Source: Acidimicrobiales bacterium (GTDB taxonomy: Bacteria; Actinomycetota; Acidimicrobiia; Acidimicrobiales; UBA8190). From it: a DNA stretch of 44,277 nt. Of this stretch, positions 35,492 through 43,703 are shown piece by piece. Below the pieces are notes generated by a model, which was not told where the DNA came from, ran no database searches, and saw only the letters and a list, made by a program, of their open reading frames with translations. The stretch lies in contig DASPVS010000517.1 in the NCBI GenBank assembly GCA_035622235.1, positions 1 to 44,277 of the forward strand, written 5' to 3'. A program made the translations under genes and the position numbers. Position 1 is the stretch's first letter. Every line of letters begins with the position of its first letter.

Positions 35492-36121
35492 ATGAATCGG
35501 CCGCGAATGGGCACATGGACAAAGGGCATCGTGGTGGGGATCATCTTTGGTGGTCTTGTGGCGACTGGAATCAGTTGGGCATCGATACCAGACTCGAACG
35601 GAGTCATTCACGGTTGCTACAAGACCAGAGGCACGACCCACAGCTTGAAGGTGATCGACTCTGCCGTCACCTCCAGTTGCCCGAGCGGATATACAAGCCT
35701 CGATTGGAGTGAAACCGGACCACAAGGCCCTCAAGGCCCGAGCCTTCTTCAAGGTGGTTACGACAACAACGGGACTACTGTCTCTAGCGCTCTACAGACC
35801 GTCGACACCATGACGATCACAAACACGGGCTACTACGAACTCTCGGCGAAGCTGGATGTCGACCTAGAAACTGGCCTTGGCGATGTCTCCTGCCAACTTC
35901 TCTCGCCGACCGGTGATTCAGATACTGGCGTCTATGCGGGCAACTCGAGCGGCAGCCTCGCGTACGGAACTATCAGCCTGTTGGTAACTCCTAGCGACGA
36001 GATCACAGCTGGACAGAGCGTGACATTGAGCTGCATCGAGCCATACGGCCCTGCCGCAGGCATCTTCGATATCAAGATCGCTGCGCTAGAGGTTGGATCG
36101 GTGAGCAACTCGCAGTTGTGA
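35492..36121 (+). CDS. Secreted or membrane-anchored protein with a short collagen-like GPQGPQGPS segment
   Basis: ATG preceded by AAGGAGG. N-terminal TM/signal segment (GIVVGIIFGGLVATGISWA). Confidence 0.7.
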   Translation: MNRPRMGTWTKGIVVGIIFGGLVATGISWASIPDSNGVIHGCYKTRGTTHSLKVIDSAVTSSCPSGYTSLDWSETGPQGPQGPSLLQGGYDNNGTTVSSALQTVDTMTITNTGYYELSAKLDVDLETGLGDVSCQLLSPTGDSDTGVYAGNSSGSLAYGTISLLVTPSDEITAGQSVTLSCIEPYGPAAGIFDIKIAALEVGSVSNSQL

Positions 36122-36237
36122 GTCATTCTTTTGCTGTTCAGCAGCTGAGGACTTTGCGTCCGATCGCAACAAGCCTGCACTCTGACGACTCGCAGGTGTC
36201 GTCCTGATGTGTGGGTTGTATTGACCGGGCGATATAT

Positions 36238-36327
36238 GTGCCGGTGAGTCGGACGGTTCCACCCAACCCGGCCATCCGTCGCCGATTCGATCGCTATCGC
36301 CACCGGTCACCCCAATTACCGGAGCAG
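36238..36327 (+). repeat. Island repeat, copy 12 (3' end degenerate)
   Basis: GTGCCGGTGAGTCGGACGG resembles the subfamily A 5' end. GATCG at +51. The 3' end (ACCGGAGCA) is degenerate and about 11 nt before the next CDS start. Confidence 0.45.
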
Positions 36328-36337
36328 ACTGGTTCCC

Positions 36338-37039
36338 GTGGCCACTGCCCGCATAAATGGGATCGAGTTGTACTACGAGCTGCACGGCAGTGGACCAGCA
36401 GTCGCCGTCATACCCGGTATGGGGACCGATACTCGACTGTTCTCCCCGATCGCTATGACCCTCGCCGAGCGGCATCAGGTGCTGGTGTTCGATCCGCGGG
36501 GAGCCGGTCGTAGCGACAAACCTGACGTTCCCTATTCGGCCGAGGAGATGGCGGACGACACCGCTGGTCTTTTCGATGTGGTGGGAATGCAAGCGCCCAC
36601 CGTGGTTGGCTACTCGATGGGGGGACGGATCGCTCTGACCCTCGCCCTGCGGCATCCAACCAGAGTTCGAGGCTTGCTCCTCGCCTCCACTTCGGCGAGG
36701 ACGCCGCCTGTCCGTCTTTTCAGCAGGCGATGGTTCATGATGGACGTCCTTGGTCGGGTTCGGCTCCCGAGGTCGATCGATCCTCAGCCGCGCTACGCCC
36801 AGCAAAGGCAGCGTGAGGCCTTCCGTACCTTCGACTGTTCGGATCGACTGGCTCAGATCAGGGTCCCGACGACGGTGATCCATGGCCGTGACGATCACGT
36901 CACTCCGTACCCCCTCGCTTTGGAGCTACAGCGTGGTATCCCCGACGCTCGATTAGTCACTGTCGACGGTGGTCATTTCGCCCTGATCACGAAGCAACGA
37001 CGCCGCTTGATAGAGGCGGCCGAAGGGCTGGCGGGCTGA
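36338..37039 (+). CDS. Alpha/beta hydrolase
   Basis: GTG start. GMGTD...FDPRGAGRSD, and nucleophile elbow GYSMGG. Confidence 0.85.
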   Translation: MATARINGIELYYELHGSGPAVAVIPGMGTDTRLFSPIAMTLAERHQVLVFDPRGAGRSDKPDVPYSAEEMADDTAGLFDVVGMQAPTVVGYSMGGRIALTLALRHPTRVRGLLLASTSARTPPVRLFSRRWFMMDVLGRVRLPRSIDPQPRYAQQRQREAFRTFDCSDRLAQIRVPTTVIHGRDDHVTPYPLALELQRGIPDARLVTVDGGHFALITKQRRRLIEAAEGLAG

Positions 37040-37051
37040 GCCGATTCCACC

Positions 37052-37150
37052 AGTATCCGCCGTTCTCGCCCGCGCGCTGGATGTGTAGAAATGCGCTACC
37101 GGTCCCCCTGGGCGAGAGAACTGAGTCCCATGAGGCGACTGCGCCGCCTG
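37052..37150 (+). repeat. Possible degenerate terminal copy of the island repeat
   Basis: AGTATCCGCCG at the 5' end and CATGAGG at about +77, as in copies 2, 9 and 10. No clear GATCC or CCGGCA. Weak. Confidence 0.25.
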
Positions 37151-37156
37151 AGGCTA

Positions 37157-37227
37157 GGAGAACAAGTTTTTATTCTGGTCACGCTCGGCTGAGTTCTGAA
37201 TGTTGACCAGAAAGTAGACCGTTCTCC
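37157..37227. terminator. Nested inverted repeats between convergent genes, candidate bidirectional terminator at the island edge
   Basis: GGAGAAC (37157-37163) pairs with GTTCTCC (37221-37227). CTGGTCA (37175-37181) pairs with TGACCAG (37204-37210). Contains the AT-rich stretch AAGTTTTTATT. Confidence 0.4.
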
Positions 37228-37259
37228 TGATGACAAACGAGCCAGTTGCAGAGACCAAC

Positions 37260-38531
37260 TCACCACGAACGCAGGACCTGAGCAGTGTCAAAGGCGTTGC
37301 ACGTCGATCCTTCGGGGTACTGCTCCGGAGGTAATGGACGGCTCACCTCCTCGGGCGTGGGACCGATCCGCCGCCCGATCTTACGAAGGCGCTCCAGATC
37401 GAAGCCGTAGAACGAAGCGGCGTTCGTCTCGACCATCGCCCGCACTTCTGACTCGGGACATTGCGCGAACGCAACCCTCAACGCCTCACGGGTATGAGGG
37501 TAGCTGCCCTCCGAATGCGGGTAGTCGTCGCCCCACATGATGCGCTCGACACCGACGTCGTAACGGAGAGGGGACTCACTCGGTCGCAAAAAACTAGCAC
37601 CCACCCAGAAATTCCTGTGGAAGTACTCAGAGGGCGACATCGACATGCCTGCGGCGACCGCTCCGAAGAACTTTGCTTCCGCAGCGTCTCCGAGGGTCAT
37701 CCGCCGGTAGAACCAATCGAGCGTCTCGAGACCTCTCGGCAACCATGCGACACCTTGTTCGGTGAGGACGATCCGAAGCCCCGGATGGCGTTCCAGCACA
37801 CCCGAAAAGATGAGATGCCATACAGACCTGTGGCTGAACCACGGCAGTTCGATCAACATCATGGCTCTCGCCGCCTCGTGCTCTCCGTAATCGGGCAGAC
37901 CGCTTCCGCCGTGGATGTTGATCGGCACGTCGAGCTCTTCGCAGCGCTGCCAAAGCGGCTCGTAGACCGGCTCCCAAAGCGGCGCTAGCCCCGAGCCCGG
38001 CGGGATTCCCGGCAGCAATACACCGCCAAAAGTCTCGAACGCGCTGATCGCCCAATCGAGCTCGGCCAGGGCGTCGTCGACCTTGTTCAAGAAGACCTGC
38101 ACGACCCCTGCCCGGCGTCCCGGGACATCTGCGCAGAAATCGGCCAACCAGCGGTTGTGTGCCTGTGCGCCCGCCCAACGACGTTCGTAGTCCGCCTCGC
38201 TCGGAGGCAGTGCTACCAGGTTCCCCTCCTCGAAGAACGGTGGCACGGTGTTCGGAAAGATGACCTCTGCCACCACGCCGTCCGCTTCGTGTTCTTCAAG
38301 ACGACGCTTGCTGTCCCAGCTTCGGTATGCAGTCGGAGCGAGCAGATCGGCAAAGGGGTTCACGTACGTGGCCGCCCACTCGTCGAAGTCGTCGTGCCAG
38401 CGCGAGGGGAGGTACGGACGGTAATCCTGAATGTCGCCTCCTGCGTGGGTGTCCGCGGAGAGGATCGTGTACCGCTCATTCGAGGCGTGAGCACTCGTCG
38501 AACCCACCCGCGTTTTCTCGGAAACAGACAT
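37260..38531 (-). CDS. Amidohydrolase-2 (ACMSD-like) family protein, paralog of 19265-20521
   Basis: ATG at 38531 (MSVSEKT), preceded by GGAAGG. YTILSADTHAGG ... MWGDDYPHSEGSYPHT. Confidence 0.8.
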   Translation of the reverse strand: MSVSEKTRVGSTSAHASNERYTILSADTHAGGDIQDYRPYLPSRWHDDFDEWAATYVNPFADLLAPTAYRSWDSKRRLEEHEADGVVAEVIFPNTVPPFFEEGNLVALPPSEADYERRWAGAQAHNRWLADFCADVPGRRAGVVQVFLNKVDDALAELDWAISAFETFGGVLLPGIPPGSGLAPLWEPVYEPLWQRCEELDVPINIHGGSGLPDYGEHEAARAMMLIELPWFSHRSVWHLIFSGVLERHPGLRIVLTEQGVAWLPRGLETLDWFYRRMTLGDAAEAKFFGAVAAGMSMSPSEYFHRNFWVGASFLRPSESPLRYDVGVERIMWGDDYPHSEGSYPHTREALRVAFAQCPESEVRAMVETNAASFYGFDLERLRKIGRRIGPTPEEVSRPLPPEQYPEGSTCNAFDTAQVLRSW

Positions 38532-38562
38532 GGCTTGCCTTCCAATCACAGAATCTGCCCAA

Positions 38563-39432
38563 TCACAGAATCGGGTCGGGCAACTCACCCTTGGCGATCG
38601 CGTCGGCGCGGTGATGGAGCAGGCGTCCCGCTTCGTCCAAGTCGTGCGAGATCACGAAGCTGCCGGCCTTGACCCCTGCCACCGCGAAGCGCCCGAGCTC
38701 CAAGAGGTCCACCACCTCGGTGGGTCTACCGGCTGCGGCGAGCTGTGCGCGGAACTCCTCGAACGTGGTTCCCGGTGCCGGAGGACGCGGACGGACGCGC
38801 GCGAGCTCTGAGGGGCGGTTTCGCTGCGCAGTCCACAAACCGGTGTCTAGGAGCCCGCCCGACGGGTAGAAGACAGCGGCACGCAACGAGCTTTTGGTCT
38901 GCCGAAACTGGTGAGCGAGCGCCTCCGTGAAACACGACACGGCAGCTTTGCTGGACGCGTACACGGACGCGTAGGGAACGGGGGCGATGCCACCGTCCGC
39001 GGACGAGGTGTTGACGACCACGCCGGATTCGCCTGATGCGAGCATCCTCGGCACGAAAGCCAAGGTCCCGTTGGCAACTCCGAAGACGTTTACCGAGAAG
39101 CACCATTTCCAGTCGTTGATCTCCTGCTCCCATGGGAGCCCGCCGCCTCCCGACGTGACCCCCGCATTGTTGAAAAGCAGGTGGCATGCACCGAATTTGG
39201 AGAAGACGCGGCTCGCCAGAGAGTCCATCGAGTTGAAGTCCGAGACGTCCACCAATGCGCCTTCGACTTCGCCGAAAGCTTCGAGATCTCGGACCGTCTC
39301 CGCCAGTACCGGTTCTTCGATGTCGGCCACGACGACACGCACGCCTTCTTCCAATAGGGCTTCGGTGATTCCGCGGCCGATCCCAGAGGCACCTCCTGTG
39401 ACCACCGCCACCTTGCCCTTCAGATCTCGCAT
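38563..39432 (-). CDS. SDR-family oxidoreductase
   Basis: TGGASGIGRG cofactor motif, NNAG, and catalytic YASSKAAV. ATG preceded by GGGGGAG. Confidence 0.9.
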   Translation of the reverse strand: MRDLKGKVAVVTGGASGIGRGITEALLEEGVRVVVADIEEPVLAETVRDLEAFGEVEGALVDVSDFNSMDSLASRVFSKFGACHLLFNNAGVTSGGGGLPWEQEINDWKWCFSVNVFGVANGTLAFVPRMLASGESGVVVNTSSADGGIAPVPYASVYASSKAAVSCFTEALAHQFRQTKSSLRAAVFYPSGGLLDTGLWTAQRNRPSELARVRPRPPAPGTTFEEFRAQLAAAGRPTEVVDLLELGRFAVAGVKAGSFVISHDLDEAGRLLHHRADAIAKGELPDPIL

Positions 39433-39567
39433 TCAAAACTCCCCCGGACGACGACCCGATCACCGTAGCGCGAGGCCCTGTCACACTGTTCAAGGGACCG
39501 GGGTGAACGCCTGGGACCGACTCGTCCACCTGGCGTTGCAGCGCATCCGCCGCTCCCGCGAGATCGC

Positions 39568-40785
39568 TCAGCGGGGAACGGGAGAAAGCTCGTTGGAGCG
39601 TGCTGTCGAGCCAAACCAGTGGGCACTTTGCTTGGGCCTGCGCTCGAAGGTCTTCGGGTCGACCGAGCAAAGACCGAACTTGGGCCGATACCCGTGCGCC
39701 CACTCGAAGTTGTCGACAAGGCTCCACACGAAGTAGCCGCGCACGTCCAGTCCGTCGTCCAGGCATCGTCGGAGCCCGCGCAGGGCTTCGTGTAGGAAGA
39801 CGATGCGCTCACCGTCTTCCTCTGTGCTTATGCCGTTCTCCGTGACCAGGACGGGAATACCCGTGAAGGCCGCTGCCCGACGTATCGTGTGCTCAAGCGC
39901 GGCGGGCCAGTTCTCGTATCCCATCTGGGTGAGAGGGACGTTCGGGTCGTTTTTCCCCTCTCCATCGGGACCAAGGTGGGTTCGCGTGTAGCACTGAACA
40001 CCGATGAAGTCGTCGCCTGAGGTTGCGCGCAGGAAGCCGTTCTCCAGGATCTCTTCCGCAGCGTCCCGCACCAATTCGCCACCGGGGTCCGCGACGAGCT
40101 CGTCCATCGAGAGCGTGAGACCGACCGGAAAACGTCCCGGGCCTGAACGCAGCGCGTCGATGGCCAAACGGTGCGCGCGCACCATGGTCTCGTTCACCGC
40201 GATGTGGCGAGCCAGGTCGTCGTGCACACCGGGCGGATACTCGCCTTTCGTGTAGCCCATCACACCGATGACGTTCGGCTCGTTGATCGTGCAAGCCCAA
40301 CCGAGAAGATCTCCCAGATGAGTGGTCGCCTTCCTCACGAACCTCTCGAAGCACTCGGCTGCGTCGCGCGACTCCCAGGCGCCGCGCGCCGCGAGCCACC
40401 TGGGAACTGTGAAGTGATGGAATGTGACGACGGGCGATATTCCCCGCTCGGCGCAGGCCGCGCACATGCGCCGATAATGGTCGAGCGCGGCCAACGAGAA
40501 TTCGCCTTCGGCCGGTTCGATTCTGCTCCATTCGAGCGAGAAGCGGTAAGCGCCCAAGCCCAGCGACGCCACCAGATCTATGTCTTCGGGCCACCGATTC
40601 CACGAGTCACATGCGTCGCCGCTCGGCTCCGCGCATCCCGATCCCTGCTTGTGCTCCCAGTCCCACCAGTCGTTGTTGACGTTCCCGCCTTCGATCTGGT
40701 GCGCGGAGGTCGCAACTCCCCACAGAAAACCCTGCGGGAAACGAACCGGGTGATCGTCTCCTCTGGCATTTGGCACGTACGGCAC
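39568..40785 (-). CDS. GH1 beta-glucosidase
   Basis: N-terminal signature FLWGVATSAHQIEGG, acid/base TINEPN and nucleophile VTENG. Confidence 0.9.
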   Translation of the reverse strand: MPYVPNARGDDHPVRFPQGFLWGVATSAHQIEGGNVNNDWWDWEHKQGSGCAEPSGDACDSWNRWPEDIDLVASLGLGAYRFSLEWSRIEPAEGEFSLAALDHYRRMCAACAERGISPVVTFHHFTVPRWLAARGAWESRDAAECFERFVRKATTHLGDLLGWACTINEPNVIGVMGYTKGEYPPGVHDDLARHIAVNETMVRAHRLAIDALRSGPGRFPVGLTLSMDELVADPGGELVRDAAEEILENGFLRATSGDDFIGVQCYTRTHLGPDGEGKNDPNVPLTQMGYENWPAALEHTIRRAAAFTGIPVLVTENGISTEEDGERIVFLHEALRGLRRCLDDGLDVRGYFVWSLVDNFEWAHGYRPKFGLCSVDPKTFERRPKQSAHWFGSTARSNELSPVPR

Positions 40786-40816
40786 CGTAGCCGTGCCCGA
40801 GATCAGCGGTCGACCT

Positions 40817-41809
40817 TCACCTCACCAGATCGGGCCAGCGCGTGACCGCCATCCTGCGCATGCCTTCTCTCCAAGTCACTTTCGTGTTCCCGACGAGCTC
40901 GTGCATCTTCGACAGGTCGAGCGACACGCTCTCGATGGTCGCGTCCGTCGGTCCGAAACGCGCCTCGAGGCCGCAGAGCCCGGCCAGGTACGTAGTCCAC
41001 TCCTCGATACTCGTCCTGTCGCCTCCCCAATTGACAATCGTTGCCGGCACCGATGCACAGCCCAACATTCCCGGGACCGTGGAGAGAATGTCGTCCTCGT
41101 GAATCGGGTGGTACACACTGGGGCCGTTCGTGTGAACGGGTATCGCGGACCCGTTTCGCAACATCTCGACGTGAATAGCGGGCCATCCTCCGCGAGAGCC
41201 GTAGGGCACGCTCAGCCGGGCGATCGTGGTGGGCAGACCGAAACGGCGAGCTCCCCAACGAGCGACTGCCTCCGCTGCGATCTTGGAGATGCTGTAAGTG
41301 CGCAGGAATGGCCAGACACCGTGGTTGTCCCCGAGCGGTTCTTCCTCGCTCAGTTCCTTGTGATCGTTCGGCTTGTACACAGCAGTACTGGAGCAGTGGA
41401 GGAACGCGCGGGCTCCACGGTGGTGTTCCATGAGCAGCGCCAACCCCCCGCAATTCGCGTCGAGGTCGGTCCCCCAGTCGTTGCTCTTCGCGACCGCGAA
41501 GTTGAGTACATATTCAGCGTCAGAAGGAAGACCGTCGAGCTGCCCACGACTCAGGTCTACCGGGAGGCATTTGACACCTGCCTCCTCGAGCCTGGCTTTG
41601 GCATCGGTGTCCTTGAAACGAGCGGCGCCGAATACGACGTTGTTCTCCGCAAGAGCCCGTGCGAGCGGCTCTGCCACCTGGCCCGTCACACCCGTGACGA
41701 CGATCGTCGAACCTCTGAGCGCCGCCGTCGAACCTCTTGACCCCGCGGCCACGCTGGGCGCCGCCGTCGCGCTGGGCGCCGCTTCTTCCGTATCCGGGAT
41801 CTCGGTCAC
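40817..41809 (-). CDS. NAD-dependent epimerase/dehydratase-family protein
   Basis: Proposed GTG start at 41809, overlapping the upstream stop (GTGA) and preceded by GGAGGGG. Rossmann motif VVTGVTGQVA and YSISK (YxxxK). The ORF-track N-terminal extension is Arg-rich junk that overlaps the DMT gene. Confidence 0.8.
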   Translation of the reverse strand: MTEIPDTEEAAPSATAAPSVAAGSRGSTAALRGSTIVVTGVTGQVAEPLARALAENNVVFGAARFKDTDAKARLEEAGVKCLPVDLSRGQLDGLPSDAEYVLNFAVAKSNDWGTDLDANCGGLALLMEHHRGARAFLHCSSTAVYKPNDHKELSEEEPLGDNHGVWPFLRTYSISKIAAEAVARWGARRFGLPTTIARLSVPYGSRGGWPAIHVEMLRNGSAIPVHTNGPSVYHPIHEDDILSTVPGMLGCASVPATIVNWGGDRTSIEEWTTYLAGLCGLEARFGPTDATIESVSLDLSKMHELVGNTKVTWREGMRRMAVTRWPDLVR

Positions 41810-42735
41810 AGCCCCTCCGGCTCTACTTTCGCCACCTCTTGTCGGCTGAACGCGGTAGACGCCTCCCCGAGGAACTCGCCAGGACCGCCCGGCACCACTC
41901 CCGCGACCAGAGGCGACTGGGTCAGCACGAATGCACCGAGGAACAAGACGCTCAGTGCGAGCATCTCTCCGACCAGGTAGCCGGAACCGGTGCGGAGGTG
42001 CTCCTCGAAGGCGGTCACCCCTATCACGATGCTCACGAGCGGATTGACGATAACGATCGTGGCTCGGGATGCGGTCAACGGGCCGGCGTGAAGCGCGTTC
42101 TGCAACAGGAACAGGCTCCCGAGACCGGAGATCGCAAGCGCGTAAGGCTCCCAGCTGACAAAGACGTGGCCCCACCCCTCTGTCACAAGCGTCGTGACAG
42201 CTTTGATGATCGCGGCGTTGTACGCGACGAGCACAGCGGACGCTGCTCCGAAGCTGGCCGCACGCCACCAACGCGGCCCCGATCTCGCCGCCAGAACGAG
42301 CGCTGTCACGACCGCGACCATCACAAAGGTGACTGCGAGCCAAGCCGTCTGACTCGGGATTCCACGGCCTGTGGCGGGGTGGGCGATGACGATGAAGCTT
42401 GCGAGTCCGACGACCACCGCAGCGACGGCCATCCAGTCAACGGATCTGAGTCGATGGTGGAAGACGAATGTGAGGATGAGCACGAGAAAGATCAACTCGG
42501 TCGTGAGCACCGGTTGAACGGTGCTCAGTTGCCCGAATCGAAGGGCGACCGCTTGGAGTACGAACTGGACGAGCATGAGGCCGAATCCGACCAGCCAGAT
42601 CTTCCGCCGCACGGCGTGCGCCATGAGCCCAAGCTTCATCGACGCGTCGGCGGGTGCCTTTTCGATCCCGATTCGCTGAAGGACCGACGTAACAGCAGCG
42701 ACGCATGCTGCCGCCAGCGCCAAGACGTACGACAC
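41806..42735 (-). CDS. DMT (EamA-like) family transporter
   Basis: 309 aa with about 10 hydrophobic helices and a two-fold internal repeat typical of DMT proteins. Confidence 0.75.
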   Translation of the reverse strand: MSYVLALAAACVAAVTSVLQRIGIEKAPADASMKLGLMAHAVRRKIWLVGFGLMLVQFVLQAVALRFGQLSTVQPVLTTELIFLVLILTFVFHHRLRSVDWMAVAAVVVGLASFIVIAHPATGRGIPSQTAWLAVTFVMVAVVTALVLAARSGPRWWRAASFGAASAVLVAYNAAIIKAVTTLVTEGWGHVFVSWEPYALAISGLGSLFLLQNALHAGPLTASRATIVIVNPLVSIVIGVTAFEEHLRTGSGYLVGEMLALSVLFLGAFVLTQSPLVAGVVPGGPGEFLGEASTAFSRQEVAKVEPEGL

Positions 42736-42826
42736 AGAACACGTTCTAGCCGAGTAGCCGAGGCCTGGGTGCGGCCTGGGTGAGGCCGGGTCAGGCCTGA
42801 GTGAGGCCGGGCGAGGCCGCGGGGGA

Positions 42827-43546
42827 CTACCCGGCGGGCGCCAGATATCGCTCGAACCAGCGCAGTGTCATCTCCCACGCATCTTTGGCGGACGCCTCGT
42901 GGTACGAATCGGGCCGAGCGTCACAGTGGAAACCGTGTCCGGCTCCCGGATACAACTTCACCTCGGTGGGCACCTTTGCCTTCTGCGCAGCCGCTCTCAC
43001 TGCTTCCACCTGGTCTACGGGAATGCCCTTGTCCTCTTCGCCGAACAACCCGAGCCAAGGAGTCTGGAGATCGGGTGCCATTTCGAGAAGCGGAGGCATG
43101 CCGAAACGTCCCTCGACCACTCCCCCTCCGTAGAAGGTGACCGCGGCGCCAAGCTTCCTCTTTGAGGCGGCGAGGAAGGTGACCGAACCACCCATACAGA
43201 AACCGACCACGCCGATCCGCGCGGGTCCGAAACCGACCTCTTCGAGATAGCGCAGCGAGGCGTCGATGTCGTCGAGCAAGCCCTGTTCGGACAAGGCCTG
43301 CATGTGGGACATCACCTTTTCGAGGTCCCCGTAGTCGAGAGCCGGGTCACCGCTGCGATGGAACAGATGAGGCGCGACGGCCCGGTATCCGGCCTCCCCA
43401 AACCTGCGCGCGACCGACTCGATGTGGTCGTTCACTCCGTAAGCCTCTTGGAGGACCACGACAGCGCCCCGCGTCCGACCAGTCGGTTCGACGTCGTAAG
43501 CAGCCATCGCGCCGTCATTGGTGTTCAACATCACGGTCGTAGCCAT
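42827..43546 (-). CDS. Dienelactone hydrolase-family protein
   Basis: VVVLQEAYGVNDHI, Cys nucleophile elbow GFCMGG, and C-terminal GAGHGF. Confidence 0.85.
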   Translation of the reverse strand: MATTVMLNTNDGAMAAYDVEPTGRTRGAVVVLQEAYGVNDHIESVARRFGEAGYRAVAPHLFHRSGDPALDYGDLEKVMSHMQALSEQGLLDDIDASLRYLEEVGFGPARIGVVGFCMGGSVTFLAASKRKLGAAVTFYGGGVVEGRFGMPPLLEMAPDLQTPWLGLFGEEDKGIPVDQVEAVRAAAQKAKVPTEVKLYPGAGHGFHCDARPDSYHEASAKDAWEMTLRWFERYLAPAG

Positions 43547-43703
43547 GGAACCTCCCTGTCAGCGTCGGTTTCGGCGCTGAAGCTTTACACGATCGAGGTG
43601 CTCCACCCCTTTCACCGGTACACTTCTCTCGACTTGTGCGAGCTTCGTGTCCCTGGAACCGACTTCAGATCCAGGCGGCCGTTCGTCACTCGAGGGGGCC
43701 GTG

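Noticed and set aside
23581-37150. CRISPR array as an explanation for the regularly spaced repeats
   Set aside because: The repeats are about 115 nt (not 24-48 nt) and are only 60-95% similar to one another. The intervening 'spacers' are 0.9-1.9-kb genes. No cas genes are present.
23581-37150. Canonical integron attC sites
   Set aside because: The termini read AAGTGCC...GGCACTT. I could not find the RYYYAAC / GTTRRRY core sites at the ends, and the two halves are not a simple near-perfect hairpin. I therefore describe the locus only as attC-like in organisation. IntegronFinder's covariance model should still be run.
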